From the NCBI GenBank assembly GCA_030141605.1, contig JAQGDQ010000184.1, positions 362,210-426,209 on the forward strand: a stretch of DNA of 64,000 nucleotides, in the 5' to 3' direction. The DNA comes from Tubiluchus corallicola. Its lineage: Eukaryota; Animalia; Priapulida. Positions 1 to 15,175 of the stretch are shown here, piece by piece. The notes under the pieces were generated by a model. That model was not told the origin of the DNA. It searched no databases and saw only the letters and a list, made by a program, of their open reading frames with translations. The first letter of the stretch is position 1; each line of letters begins with the position of its first letter. The position numbers and the translations under genes are program-made.

Positions 1-3000
1 CACCCAATAGCTTAAGTGGCGCATAAAGGTTAGTTCATACAGCAAGCGGTACAGATGCGAGCTGAAAGGTCTACCGCATAAACTTATTCACTGTTACCTA
101 TAGCCTCTTAATTACTCGTGCGTCTGCATGATTATATAAGCGTGCTTTAAATGCGAGGTAGCCAGGAGGGGCATTCTTGGTTGCGTGAGTCTCTACGGCT
201 TCAGTGAAGCTTCTAGCCGCTCAGTCTAGCTGAAGCCGCTATGTGTTGCGGTTTTGCCAGGTTTTTCCTCAAAGCGAAGAGGATGAGTCATTAAAGTGTT
301 TTCGCGTTCGCAACACCTTCTTTGTTTTTGTTTTTGCACCTCGCGGGGGTAGACGTTTTGATGAATCAGTTGTGAATCAACAGGTAAAATTTCACTAAGG
401 TGAGTTGTACATTTTACTTCTTACTAGAATTAAGAAGGTTTGAGGCAGCACAGTAATAAGTATACATTCTCTGTATCCAAACTTTAATTTCCTTATTTGA
501 GTTGCTACTGTTGAGCCTTATGAAAAAATCACCCAGAAGTTTTTTGCATAGTTTTAGTAGTATGGTGTTAAAGTATTTCATCATAACGTGCAATTTTAAG
601 ATTGTTTTCAATGTGACAAACATCATTTAATAAAACGAACAGGCCAAGATATGAACGATATCAGAATGTTTAAATACGAACTGCTATTCTTTAGAGAGAA
701 CCGCTGCAGCTGCAAACAAACAAAATTTGTTGGTTATCACTCCACTTTAGATGAAATTGGTAATCTGTTGAGTAGTGTTGCAAATGTATCATGAGTTCGT
801 ACCTATTTCATTTTTACACGCTTCATTCGGTATTGTCAGGTTAGACTTTGAAACCAATAGTGGTATTTAGCATTTACTAGTTTTTATTATTTTTTTTACT
901 AGTTTTTTTTATTTTGGTTTGTTGCCGAATCACGTACCGAAGAATAGTTGATGCTTAAGAATTAAATTTCTGACTAACCCCCTTGTTATATGGTATATAC
1001 TTATACCCATATCATGCATGACCTTTTTTAGTACAAAGATTTCAAAAAAATAGAAAACAGAGTGCATTGTAATTAATTGCTAATGCACTAATAACCTAAT
1101 AGTTTATTAGTTAATTAGTTTGCTTTCTTGAAGATTTCAAGCTGCACAACGAAATAAGAAGGGTAGTCAGTATACAGCCCGTCATCAAACTGAATATAGG
1201 ACTGCAATATTTAATGACATGCTGCTCTTCCCCCTTTCAAGACAGCAGTACAATTTTTGCCAGCTGTTTTATTGTTTATTCTGATGGGGTTTCGTGCGGA
1301 TAAACGCCACACAATATAGTAACGTATAAGTATACACAAAATAGCAATCAACTACATACTCTTAAGTTGAATCTGTTATAAAATTTTGTTATTGCTACAT
1401 CTCACTTGCACAGTTTAATGAAATTATATATAGACACTTAATCCATTATGGCAGTAATAAAATTACGTCATGATCTTCAAACGCCATTTTTTAAAGTAAG
1501 TGAAGCAACTTGCTTTATTACCGGCAATAATAATACTGGTAACAAGCTTTTTTGTCATTAATAGCAAAAAACATAAATGTGTCATATTTTTACAGAACAG
1601 CATATGTTTTCTCTAAAGGCCAAATTAGCCTAACGATCGCTAACAGCATTCTCTATGCATGGTAATCAAGTTGTTTAGTTTAATTATTAATGCACAGCGC
1701 TGTTCTAGTCTACACGGTGTGCTCTATTATGTCAACGCGCACTTGTACATCGTTATTAAGTTGTGGCCAGGTTAGGTACACACTGAATCTTAAGTGCCCT
1801 TTCTTCCAGAAAATTTGAACGCTTAGGCTGATAGGCTAGTATCATGCATTTTGTTTATTTCTTTCGCAAAGCAAACATACTAGATTTAAATTTTTCCGTT
1901 ATTTAAAAAGTTAGATTTGTATTTAAGAAATTAAAGTTATCCTAACAGCCAAGACGCGTATAAGCAATATATTAGACCCTAAACCTATCAGCTATGGCGG
2001 TTGAAGAAAAGAAAATCAACGCCAAATTGCCACTTTGTAAAACAGGAGAAGTTGAAAATTATGAGTGACGCCATCGATCCGCAAAATTGAAAAATCATTA
2101 TTAATGACGCCATGTCGGGCTTCAAATAAAGACCCCGAACCTCAAATATTCACAATACCTAAAAGCTGGTATTACTGCTATATTTTATAATAAGGTTTTG
2201 CCAATCTGGCGTTTTCATCTCACGTTCTAAACAAAACATTTTTGAATGTACTTTAAGATGGACATTCTGATCTATGTGAGGAAAAGTGACTCTGTTGTTA
2301 CGTGTTTTCCTTGTCACAAGTGCCTGGAGCCTTTGCTAACAGTGCTGTGTAACATTATGACGCGTAGCGCAGTTAAAAATTGCATGTTATGTACACAAAC
2401 TAATGCGATTACAACAACAAACCTTTTGACTTTAAGCAAGGACAAGAACTTAGTGAGAAGATACGGTAGTAAGGAAATGTTTTTTTCAGAAACTCGCTCA
2501 ATGTGACTTATTTTTTATACAGTGTGGCATACTGCAAGCCATACTAAACACTGAAAGGCAGGGCCTGTTTAACACGTATGATTTTGGCAAAACAAAAACC
2601 TACTCACCGTCAATGACAATTCTCTATCGTGAGGCACTGCACCGGCAGAGGTGGTTTTGCCACGTTCGAATATGTACATAAAACGAATGGCGCCATGTTT
2701 AGCTATTCTATTCCATTCGTGTAATCTTACTTACTGCAGGACTTTTGGATATAAACACAAATTTCTCTTTGAGATAAATAGCCACAATTAGTATGGCTAA
2801 AACTGTGTTCACTGGGGTATTTTCATCGCCTGCATTAGTCACAGGTCACACGAACCTCGCGGATGAGCTGTGCCATTACTAGTAATAAATGTTTGTCGAA
2901 AAATTTCTGAATGAGTTAAGTTCTTGAAACGCAAAGCTTGTTCTGTCTAAAATGATTTAATGTAGCATTTTCTCATTAACATTCTCGCTCTTATTTAACC

Positions 3001-5681
3001 TAATGTTTGTGCATAACCTTCTCATTTATATGTCACCCTTGTAGATTTTTTCGTTGCTTTTTTTGTTGCAATTACATTGTTTAACTTGTTTGTCGCCTTC
3101 CACAGTTGCTTAACTTACTATTTGTTTTTACTCTCTCGTTTAACATCACAAGTCTTGTAAATCGTTTGTCTTCCTCTATTGAGTTAAATGGTTAAGTTAT
3201 TCAAATTGGTTATGCGTGGTAGGACAACGTTGAGACAGTGCTGAATTCACTAATTGTTCTTAGATAATCACCAAAACTACTAAAATTATATAGGGAAATT
3301 TGAGCTGTCGCTTCTTCTACAATATTGGTTTTTTTTCATAACCAACCTTAAAGTTAACTAACACCACAAAACAGAAATATTCTATAAATGAAATAAATAG
3401 CACTCTTGGTTGCGCGCACCCTCGTATTTATGTTATTCAGTCTAATATTTCCACGGAAAATGATTCTACTGATCTTTTTAACCATCTACTTATTTTCCGC
3501 AATATTTTACAAAAGCCACCAAAAATTCCCTATTAGCCGGGATACCGCATATCGTAAATAAGTTTGCTTTGTGAACTTCTTAGCAAGACCAATAGTTCAT
3601 GATTAAATTTTCCTCAAGAATGGTGCTGTGGAGATGGCATTGATGAAGATGATGATGCTGATGATTCCTGATGATCAATCATGACAAGAACAAATACGTC
3701 TAGTCTTTTGTCTGCATGTTAACTGGATATTAGATGATAGTTAATACTCGCTTCTTTCAGTCAATAAGGGACTTGATGTAAAACGACTAGTAAACATTTG
3801 ACGTGAGCTGTAATTTCATTGGTGATTTCGCTCATAATACAAACGTTGTTTCGCTGTCAGCTTCAGACCCAGTCATTAAAAGTGTAGTTAGGCGCAGCTT
3901 AATTGTTAATCTGAGCCTATAGCCAGACCAGGTAATTGTTATGCAGTTATTAGCGGAGAATGGAGTGAAGGAAAATAATTACCTTTAGGTTTGCCAATTC
4001 ACCCGCCAGATGAGCCTTTTGTCGTACTCTAAGAGCAGCAGTAATCATTAAGGAATATGAGAGAAAGGCAGATAAAGGCAAAGGTGAAACCTAAGGTTGG
4101 GGAATGAGTGGTTTCATTCTAATCAAGATTTAATAGTTACACCTGATTTATAAAATCCTGGGTTGAATAGAGTTTATTGTGTTCAGCAAGCCGCCCATTT
4201 ATTACTTAATATTTATTTTACTTTTTAACGTAATTTACTGGTTTATATCAGGCAACTAAGTTACCTGATACATAGACCCCCCCCCCCCCCCACTTAACAC
4301 GTAAGTGACATGCGATTTACATGTAAACTACTTAGATTTTTGTATAGTACCGTTTCTCAACGAAAAAAATTTTTGTATTAAATTTAAGAACACTTTCTAC
4401 GAATTATAAAATTTCTTCACACACAGAAAGATTAGCTTTTAATCCTGTACATGACTTTAAACAAGCGATTATTTATACTGCATAACATTTCACTTCAATA
4501 CTGCAGAAAAACACTGCTTAATAGTAATGGCGCTATTTGCACTATCTTCATTGCCATTGATAACAAACAAATACTGTCTATTTGAAGTTTTAAACAAGCT
4601 AACTCTTGTTTACACTATCTGGTATATTTAAGATAATTGTAGCCTTCATGGGATTAATTAATTTCATAATTCGTAATACGATTTACAAGTATTTCTTTGA
4701 GTTTTTAAAGTTATATTTAAATTTTTAGATTTAAATTTAAAAATACCGCTTGACGTATAATTGCAGCATAATTGGCATTATCTCGAAACACGATGACTTT
4801 GTGTAAGGAAATTTTCTTAAATGGAATGCGTGTATTGCGTTCTTTGTTTTTAGAGGTAGCCAATAAAACTTAGCCAAACGTGCATGAATCTTGTGTATGT
4901 TCGCATTTCTCATGCGTTTTAAATAAAACATGTACTTAATTGATAAACATTTATGTTGTTCTTAATAATTCGGACTTGTCTGATCATACCGCGGTTCCGA
5001 GTTTACCAGGAAACTGCCGCCGTCGAACTCAGCAGGGGAACCAGAAATGTTGGCAATTATTTGCGTTCTTGCAAGATTTAGCTTCCCGGCTTACCTTTAA
5101 TACGGGAAGCCAACCTGTAGAAAAGAGACGAACCCAGAGTTGGAAAGGTCTTTCCTCGGTCTGTGAGCTTCAGGTTTTGATATCTCATCAACTCCAGAGC
5201 AGTTTCTTCTTCCTGTTATGTAGTCGTTGCAAGTATGGAACGCACTAATGTGGCTATCCAAAACTAATACAAGGTAAGACTAAACTATATTTATTATGAA
5301 GACAAAATTCATATTGAATATCACTATGATAAGACAGGCAGAATGGCTACTTATTAATCGGTTTCACGTCACCATTGTCTTGTGTGATTTTCATAATATA
5401 AGCGATAGAATGCCACGTTCTTCGGAATATATCAAGCCTTTCAGATTGATTAGTAGTTAGAAAAAGAGCAGAATTTTACAGTCAGACTTGAAATTTCATA
5501 TGTTCTTTGTCATATGCGATATTTCGAAACACTCTTCAAGCAGTGTCGATTGACTGCACTTTTACAGGATTAAACATTAGAGTAAACACACTCATAGTGC
5601 TCATTTTCTGAGAAAGTTCCTTGCCTTCAGCATTTTGTCCTATTATTTTTTCGTATCTTTTTTACTGCGTACATATTCGTG

Positions 5682-6550
5682 GGCGCCCGGTAAAAATGAC
5701 GCAGGTAAAAATCACACAGAAAAAATGGCACGGTAAAAATGGTACAGGAAAAAAATGGCACAGGAAAAAAATAACAAAAATGGAAAAGTAGTATCCAAAA
5801 ATGACAGGAAAAAATGCCACAATGGAAGCAGGAATCAATAATCAATAATTCACGAAGCTTGCACATAGTGTTTATAGCTTTAGTAAACCATTAATTTTAG
5901 CTATGGTAATTGTTTACATACCAAGTCAGCTTATAAGGCCATACACATTAATAAGCAAAGGTCATTAGAAAGACAGTGTTACAAGTTTTCCAAGCGAGAA
6001 TTTGTTCCTGGAAGTAACTCATTTGTCTTGATGGAGATAATCTTTTTTTAACTAAGTACTAAACACTCCTTTTATGACCTCCACGAAGTGCTTCACATAT
6101 GTTTTTCGTGTGTTGTCCGGTCAAACTTTGCGAAGAAATGCCTATTTGGCACCCTACACGGCCTTCTCCACAAAGCTTCGTGGAAATCTCTTTATACGTA
6201 GCACGTCTACTACTATAACAGTCAATAAACAAATAAACAAACTGCGTTGAAACATAACTTTCTTGACAGAGGTAAAAATAACCAAATAATTATCTCCCAC
6301 AGTGACCCTAACCCTAAGCTCATATTTTACTAAGTGTGCCATTTTTCCTGTGCCATTTTTACCTATTTTTCCATTTGTGCAATTTTTTCCTGTACTATTT
6401 TTGCCGTGCCATTGTTTGCGCCATTTTTACGTACTTATTCACTTGTGTCGTTTTTCCTGTGACATTTTTTCTTGTGCTATTTTTACCTGTGCTACTTTTA
6501 CCTAGTTTTCCATTTGTGCCATTTTTTCTGTGCAATTTTTACCTACATTC
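5682..6550. mobile_element. Non-autonomous MULE/Foldback-type DNA transposon with modular terminal inverted repeats
   Basis: The left end is tandem ~15-bp units (GGTAAAAATGGCACA-like, 5689-5825). The right end has the same units inverted (TGTGCCATTTTTCC, 6335-6545). A perfect 9-bp direct repeat ATATTCGTG flanks it at 5673-5681 and 6551-6559. Confidence 0.8.
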
Positions 6551-6802
6551 ATATTCGTGGCATTACGCGATTTCCTTACCTGATTACAAGCGTTTTCTGG
6601 GGAAAGTAAGTTCGCAAACCTCTGTACAGAATCTTGCGTTCTTTCTAACCATTTAATTTGAGTTTTTTAACCATTGATTTTTCTCACTGTTGTTATTACC
6701 AGATTAATTAACAAATGGCTTTGCAATTCATTTGTGATACCATTTTGTTCATTCATGTTGATATAGTTGTCATTTTGTGTATGTACATGTTGTTTAATGT
6801 TG

Positions 6803-7085
6803 CTTAATTCCTTCCATGCAAGGAGGCGCATAAGGCCGTGACATTCCTTCACGAAACCCATCTGTCCATTGCCGCTGCTTTGACCTCGTCCAAGCTCCTC
6901 CACCCTGCGTAACTCCTCTCAGCCTCCACTGTCCTTTTCCTTGTTATTTTTGGTCTATCTCTCGACCTTCTTTCTTCCGATGTCCATTCCATCGCTGTCT
7001 CACAGTCATTCTCGCCTTCCCTTCGTAGAACATATCCATTCCAATTCCATCTCCTCGTTCTAAGTTCATCGCTCACTGCATTCAT
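6803..7085 (-). mobile_element. 3' fragment of an RTE-clade LINE (ORF2 C-terminus)
   Basis: Translation 'RTRRWNWNGYVLRR...MEWTSEERRSRDRPKITRKRTVE...' then 'VTALCAS' resembles the RTE C-terminal pattern RRWxWIGHVLR...WxPxGKRxRGRPKxTWRRTV...ALCA. Confidence 0.75.
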
Positions 7086-8319
7086 TTGTGCTCTGTATAA
7101 TTAGTAATATTATGTAAATTACTAACTATGGCCTACGATCATAGATATCTTTATCATAGATAGCTTATCAACTTATCATACATATCTTACAAAACAAATA
7201 TTCGTTCCGTAATGCCCTTAGATTTATTTTCTAATGCGAACGCCCAGTCTTCTGCAGTCTATTAAAGCAATGATAAATCACATAGGGGCAGCTGACTTTA
7301 TAACCCTTGGTCTTTCACCACAGTATGGACGGATCGCAGGTTTTTGACGGCCAAATTAAACTTGCGTTAGGTTTGTAATGGGAAAGTTGTGTAATGCAAG
7401 AAATAAATCCAATTGTAACTATCAGCCGCATTATCGCTCTCGATCCTCTTCTTCACGAGCGTCAAATCAAACAGCCAACCAGGGCAGTTCTTCGCTAGTG
7501 TTAAACTACTTGTGTCGTGTTAACGGATTTATAAGCTAAGCCACTGCATGGGAGACCAACAACAATGGCGAGCTTGAGAAGCATGTGAGCTAAGTGAATG
7601 GTATGTGCTATCAGGATAAACCTGATAAATCATATAGACAAAGAGACCTAAGGGATCGGTTGACTAAAGATCCAATCGGCTGAGAGACAACAATTATTTA
7701 AATTTCCAGTAAAATGAACAGTTTGTGAGGTGCCGTGAGTTTAATAATTAATAGAACTCCAAACGAAAAGTAGCAAATAAGATATCCTATTTGACAAGAA
7801 CGGAACGTTTTTACATACTAGATTTTTTATTTGTTAAAAGTTTTGGCATCTATCAAACGTTCAGTTACAGACATTTTCTGTCAAGACAGCATAAAAGCGG
7901 TAGGACTGGGAATTAGCATCTATATGAATCTTGCAAAACTGCAATAAAACAACTTTAATAAACGTAATTCAACTGCAGCTGCTTTGTGAACACCTTTACT
8001 GTTTCTTTACTGTTTGTATAATAGTAATAAAAGCGTTTTATAAAATTTCCATGGCTTTGAAATTTATTTCATTGCTAAAGCAGTATACATAAAAGAAAAT
8101 GAACTTCATACGGTGTGTTTCAGAAGAAACAGTGCAGTAGAAATAATAATTATGCGACTCCAATGATTGTATTGGCCTATACAAAAGCAGGTTGTATGAT
8201 AGTAAAATTGGAATTATACAAATATACAAATATACATTGGTAGGGTAGTTAACATCATTATGATGTCATAATGCAAAAGCGCAGATTCGTTTTGGACAAA
8301 ATAACAAATATTATTCAGC

Positions 8320-8540
8320 GTGCAGGTACTTCGACCACAGACATTTAGCCATAGGATGCTTTGCCGCATAGCTTTTGGACACATAGGTCATTTAGACACA
8401 CAGGTAATTTGAACACAGGCTCCTTTGGACACTTAGGCACTTTAGACACACAACACCTGTACACGCAGATCATTTGGACACAAATTGGTCGAAACAGCGT
8501 GTGATCTAAAACCCCTGTGTTCAAAACCCCTGTAACCGCA
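8320..8540. repeat. Short degenerate 16-17 bp repeat cluster with inverted terminal copies (MITE-like remnant)
   Basis: About 8 copies of (t)ttggacac(a)caggtcat-like units, with reverse-oriented copies (tgtgttcaaaacccctg) at the right end. Confidence 0.5.
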
Positions 8541-10759
8541 ATTCAAAGCTATAAAACCGATGAACTTTGGCTTGCAAGTTCTACGCGCACACTTACATCT
8601 GAGTGGTATAGTGGTATTTTCTCTTAGGCAAAAAGTAATAGGTAAGCAACAAATTCAATAAAAGAAATATTAATTAGAATGGACAAATGCATGGTCTCAA
8701 GTTGTTAATAATTAAACTCAATTCTGACCATGACACAACAATTTCAAGGCAAAATCCAGCAGCTACACTTTTATGGTCGATGTCTTTCAATCCGCTTTTG
8801 TAACGTTAAGCTTTCAGCTTTTTTACGATCAAAAAATTTATTTTATTATGCAAATTTTAACATGGCGTACTAACAGCTTTTATTACGACGTAAACTTTGT
8901 TAATATAAAATGATAATAGTCATTCAGATACAGCAGAAACTAACGTTACTTAGTAGTATAACTGCGAGTTTTCTTTCACAGGCAGCTTTTTTACTCCTCT
9001 CCTCTTCTCTTCTCTCCGCCCTTCACCTCTCTTCTCTTCCTTTCCGTTTCTTTCCTCCCTTCCTGTCCCTCTTTTTCTCTATTTTTCTTCGTCTTCAGTT
9101 CTACCTTTTCCCTCTTATCTTTTTTCTTATTTTCTTACTTTGTTTTCTATCTTGTTTATAAAGTTGTTAATTATCTTGTTAGGTTACTTGCGTGTTCTCT
9201 TACTTCTTTTACAATAGTAGCAACATCGTTTCCTGTTGCTTTTGCACCGCTGAGGCAATTATGTCTTTGTCAATACTAATAATGGGAATCGCCGAAGAAA
9301 CTTTCGCAAACCTTGGTTTGAACATTTCAAAAGGACGCTCGGTAGAAGACTTTTATTGAATGTGGCTTTTTGGCTTTTGCTTTTTCAATGCTTACTCGAA
9401 TCACAGCAACCGCATATTGTACATTCGATGCACAACCGTATAATTGCGTTACAAAAAGTGAAACAGTTATTATTGGATATTTTCTCATTTAACGACGATG
9501 TACTGTTTTAACGCCTCAAATTAGCTTAAAATATTGTAGATAGAATAAAAAATGGCTTCGACCAAAGTAAAGAAAAAATCGTCGTTAAAATGAAACATCG
9601 TTACTCTGTTCTAAAAACGCACTAGTCACGAAACACAGTACAATTATTACATGTGTATTAAGAAAAGTTCTTATTTTCTGGTTGGTTAAAGTGCAAGATA
9701 TCATTTTCTAGTATAACAGTGATATATATAATGAGATTCCTATTGCATGATTTTTGTAAACAGTGGTATAAGAGCTCAAAACATGTCTGACTTTGGCTTG
9801 AAATTTCCGTACAGGTGATCAGTTAGTTATTACAATACACTGTATTAAGGCCAAGATTATTACTAATGATGTTATAAAAGTCGTACTTAACTAAATTTTA
9901 ATACCAAAAAGAGAAAATTAGAATTACACACAGTTTCGCAAACATAACGTACCAAACATGCAGATACAGGACGAAATTACAGGATATTAGATAGAATTGC
10001 TAAAACAACTAAACAGGACTTTTTGTATTATTAACACAAAATCAATTCTTAGTAACGAAAGTTGGTATAACCTATCAAAACCTTACAATAAAAAGATTAC
10101 GTGCCATCTTCATATAAAAGAAAAAAGAAGGCGCATCAAAATTACAAAATACAAACTGGCTTTTTTTGTAATCTACAGCACTCTCTGCAATTTAACCTAA
10201 CGACTAATTAACGGAATAAGCAAACTGAAAAACGAAAAGACAAAAACCGCAGCAATATGCACACGGTGTTGCAGAGTAGCACAAATTACTCATAATTAAT
10301 TAATATTTGGTGAGTTTTGTGTGCTTTTTCCTTTCACTTGAGGACAATATGCAGTTATCTAGTGTTACTTCGCGGTTTTTTAAATTTCTTTCTTATAGTT
10401 TTTATAAATTTTGCATTAATTTTGTTTTTGAAATGCTTTAACAGCCAGCATCCACGTAACCAAAGACGTAGCATTTATTCCAATACAATTCTCTAATTAA
10501 AGCCTGCGGATGGTAATAAAAGAAACTTTAACACCAAATAGGAACAACACTTTAAACAAGCACCTATAAGGACCAGTTCAAAGGTTTCTCTTATAATCAG
10601 CCAAAGGTATTAGTTAAAGATGAATTGTGTTGAAACAGCATAATTTCATTTTTCCTGTTTTTTGGCGTTTCACTGCATGATTTGCAAGTTTACAATTTAG
10701 TATTGGTTGCTTTTCTCACTCTGAAATTTTTTCAGTTTTATACACTATATTTTTATTAG

Positions 10760-11250
10760 ATGGATCAGTTGCGTGATCATGACCATGTTATGGTCGGAGC
10801 ATTGCAGATGTTTGTGTTAGAATAACAGCCATGTTTTTGTTTAAGTAAGTCCTGGCTGTGTTCTTATTCAAGAATTGCTTTTCCCCATCACCAGTCAGTT
10901 TTTTCAATTATTATTTTACAAAAATACATTCAAGATTTGATGCATGCTCAATACTGCAGTTCCAAAAGCGAGTAGAAAATGAATAATAGTTTAGATCTTG
11001 AAACTTTAATAATAGTTTCTGAGTCTTGCAAAATTCTCTTTTCCTTCTGTTTAACATTTGTCAGAATAAGACTGACTCTGAATTAGAAATGTTTGGTGGA
11101 AAGCCAAAATACAGCACAACAGTGTTTGGCAAGAAAATTAATGTAAATAAATCATGCAAATATTAATATTATCCTGTAAACAAATCTGAGTATCTCAGCT
11201 GTTTAAACATTAGCAGCAGTTTATACAGCAATTACGCGCGTACGTGAACG
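10760..11250 (-). mobile_element. Highly decayed LINE apurinic-endonuclease remnant
   Basis: Minus strand encodes SDHNMV (about 10783-10800), the APE 'SDH' motif. Surrounding frames are broken by stops. Confidence 0.3.
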
Positions 11251-13436
11251 TGATTTCGGGGACATACGCTGAGTAGTGGTTTAGTTCAGTAGAAAGCTCT
11301 CGGAAGGAGTGACTTGTTAATTTGGTTTCTCAATGTTAAGCATCGGTGGCTCTGACTGGTAGTGGTGGTGGTTGTTGTTGTGACAACGGGTGATTCCACA
11401 AAAAAATAACTTGTAGTAGCAAAGCTGCTGAGTCCGTATAACGATTATTATTGCGCGTTCAGACTAGAGAGTTTTCTCTGTTGAGGAGAGATCTCTACTG
11501 AGGAGACATTAGAAGCAATAGTAGCTACAATTTTTATTTGGAATCAGTCTTCGTGACTATTACTCTGGAAGGAAGCACGCGTAGTAAAAACCAGAATTGC
11601 ATTATTTTTTGTTATACAGCAATCAGCGGCGGCTACTATATTTATATCTTATCAAGGATTTTATTGGTCGTAACCGAACCAGAGCTTAACAAATTATCAA
11701 ATATACTAATTACACTCTAAGACGAAACACTGAATTAGCACTGGCCTCTGTCGGATAAAATGTTATATCTTCAACAGTTGCCAGATTGTCCTTAGTTTCG
11801 TAGGTAAGTTTACTGTATTTTAATCATATCGATGTCTTGAATTTTTTGATATCTGAAAAAGACATGCGATAATCATGTCTTGACCATTTTAGACCAAGAT
11901 CATAAAATTTTCTTTAAAATCATCCACCCCCTATCAAAATTGGTCAAAATGGATACAATTTCACAATTGTTATCAATAGCTGATTAATAGCAAATTTAGT
12001 ACCTTATTAGATGAATCAACTGCAGTACTATAAGTGCAGCGCACTACATATATGCAAGAGAAAAACAGAAAACTTCATGGTGATTAAAGGCAAAATACTA
12101 CCCAGCTGTATTTTGACTCTTTGATTGGCATCATAAGCGTTATATGAAAGAATTTAAAAGACCTGGAAAATAAAAGCGATACTTTAAGAAATAAACAAGC
12201 AACCCGACCACCCCAAGGTGCGCTGTAATAAATTACAACATGTTTATAGAAGATCAGTCTCCCTGAAAAAATAATCAAAGTTGATCAAGATTTACAGAGG
12301 GTTCAGTTGTGTGATGCACGAAATGTGCACAAAGCGAAAGCGCCGATCGAGTTGTTAATTGCCTGAAAAAGTGTAAGCTGCTGAGTTGAGGCGGTTGTAT
12401 TTTATCCCGTTTTTACACTAATCCAAATAATCTTGGCGTTTCTCTCGCAACTAGGCTCCTGCATTACGCCTGATCTATGTGCTGTCAGCTTGTGTAAGTA
12501 CCTTTTTACGAACGTTGTGTAGTATCCGGCTGTCAGGGGAGTTTTGATCAACTTTTATGCTTTTCAACAAATATAGGACTTATTTTCAGGGTTGAAAAAT
12601 GAATTCAAGTGCGTAAATTAAACTTTGGCATATGTTCATACAAAATAATCATTAGTGTCGACACATTTTCACTCAACGTACACTTGAATATCAAGACAAT
12701 GAATTCTAATTTTGTTTTTTTGTTTATGTACTTTCTTTTTTGTCAAATTATTTCACTCTGATTTTGGGTAAAAAGGTGAACCTTCTTATTAAACGTATAT
12801 AATTTGGTGAATGGACCTATAAGTTTATTGTACAATGTAACTGAGCCAACAGGCTAATAAACTTTGCAGTTTAATTTTGCAAAATCACCGCGAATAGGAA
12901 AATGTGATTATAGATGCAAAGATGAGCCGCTGATATTTAGTCACAAATAATTTTTCAAATATGGATAGACAAATTCTGCAAACCGATATGTAGTTTCCTC
13001 GTAGAATTCCTCAACGAATTTCACATTCATCTGATCGAATTTTTATGAAATTAGTTTTTCCATGCTGTTTAACTTCAAATATTCGTGCGTGTCCAACACT
13101 ACACTGTAAAAGGAAAAACGCAATTCCGCATGAAATTATTATAATTATCATACATTAATATATATATATATATATATTTGTATTTATATTTAAAAATATC
13201 CCTTTGCCGCGAAATGTTCTTCAGGGAGATGTGCCTGGCATTTAGATAAATAAAGAACTAAATACGCAATCCTATTTCTTTCTAAAGAGTTGCTTTCTAA
13301 AGAAACACATGACATAATGAGTGAAATCAAATTAACTGTTGCGCACTTGTTCATCTAAAATTAATAAAAAATATCCTGACTACTTCTTGCCATCCGTATT
13401 TGAAAAGCGTGTAAAAAACAAGTACAAGGAAAAGAA

Positions 13437-13761
<325 letters not shown>

Positions 13762-14284
13762 ACTACCTGGACAAAGGCTTCTGTTGGAAAATCCAAGAAG
13801 ACCAATTTGATCCTATCGTACCTAAACAAAATCTGGAATATCTAAGCAAATCAATTCCAGCCAATTACATCGCTTCAGAATGCCACTTCAACCAATACTA
13901 CGGCATTAATAGTCGTGAAGAGGGACTTTTGTGTCTATAAAAGAACTTTCCAAATTGGCTTCGGCTCAATTCGGAGAAGAGCATCATCGCACAATAGGTA
14001 TGAATAGATAGTTTTTGTTTTTCCTGGAATTCGTTCCCCATGCAGCTAGTGATTGTATGACGAATTTTAGTTGTAAAAGTGATTCCTGATCAAATTTTAT
14101 AACAGTTTTAAACACTGTAAAATCTACAAACGTAAACTGAGATCATTTAATTAATAGTTTGGCTGTGACGTAACAACTCCCTTCGGTGGCTCCATGCTGT
14201 TATGTCCACAGACAATGTTTATCTGTTCAACATCATAGCATTTCTGAGGGGAGAATTAACAAAAAATGAATGAGCAATGAATGC

Positions 14285-14445
14285 ATAACCAACCAACCAA
14301 TGAACAAACGATACAACGAACCAATCAACGAACGAACGAACAAATAACAGAACTAATGAAAGAACGACTATACCAACCAAACAACTAACCAATGAACGAA
14401 CAAACCAAGTAACCAAGCAATCAAGCCACGAACGAACGAATAAAG
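14285..14445. repeat. Degenerate tetranucleotide repeat (AACG/AACC)
   Basis: Directly visible. Confidence 0.8.
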
Positions 14446-14819
14446 ATAGAAAAAGAAGAAAGAAAGACAAAAGAAATTAAGTACGGCCAATTTATAGGAA
14501 ATTCTCCATAGAAAAGAACGCACTGGTAAGAATGATACACTGATAAACTTACAAAGCCAGTACAGTTCGCAGGCTCTTCGGGTATATATCGCAGACTCTC
14601 CGGAGTCTTCCTCTTAATAGCTTGTTAAGTTCTTCAGTCACAATTCGTTAAATAAAAAATTTCGCCGCTTACCTGATGCTTATCCGGAACAAATATTACT
14701 GTTTAGAATTGTAACTTGTTCGTGGAACAGAAGTTTTTTTCGACTTTTCGACGAAGTTGCTCTTCTTTTACTTAAATTGTTTTGTTCAGTAAGCCAAAAA
14801 CTCCTCTAAGTTGATATTT

Positions 14820-15175
14820 GAAACTTTTGCAAGCTCGTGGCCTTTTGCAAGCGAAGTTACTTGTGACCTTGGGTAGGATAGTGAAGTCAAGAAGGACATC
14901 ACGATTACGAGAGATACCTGCCATCAGAGTATCGAAAAACAACGTTTTTGATGCCAATTCCTTTGCGGGTTATTTAAAGCAGATGCATTAAACAATCTGG
15001 TTCTTCACGCTTGTGTTTTTGACATGGAGTTGACAGTTAAAACTTTTATAAGCTAGCAGCCAGTTGTGACCTTGCGTAACGAGTGAAGGACTAGAGGGAC
15101 GTTTACGAGAGGTACATGTCATCAGAAACCCTCGAAAACAACACGCTTTAGACACCAATTCCTTCAGGACTGTTG
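14820..15175 (+). repeat. Diverged direct duplication, ~220-bp period
   Basis: aaactttt..aagct...ttgtgaccttg...gagtgaag...ttacgagag...catcaga...tcgaaaaacaac...ccaattcctt occurs at ~14820-14965 and ~15039-15165. Confidence 0.75.

Noticed and set aside
2011-2220. MITE suggested by a 15-bp imperfect inverted repeat
   Set aside because: Short match, no clear TSD and no second copy in the window.
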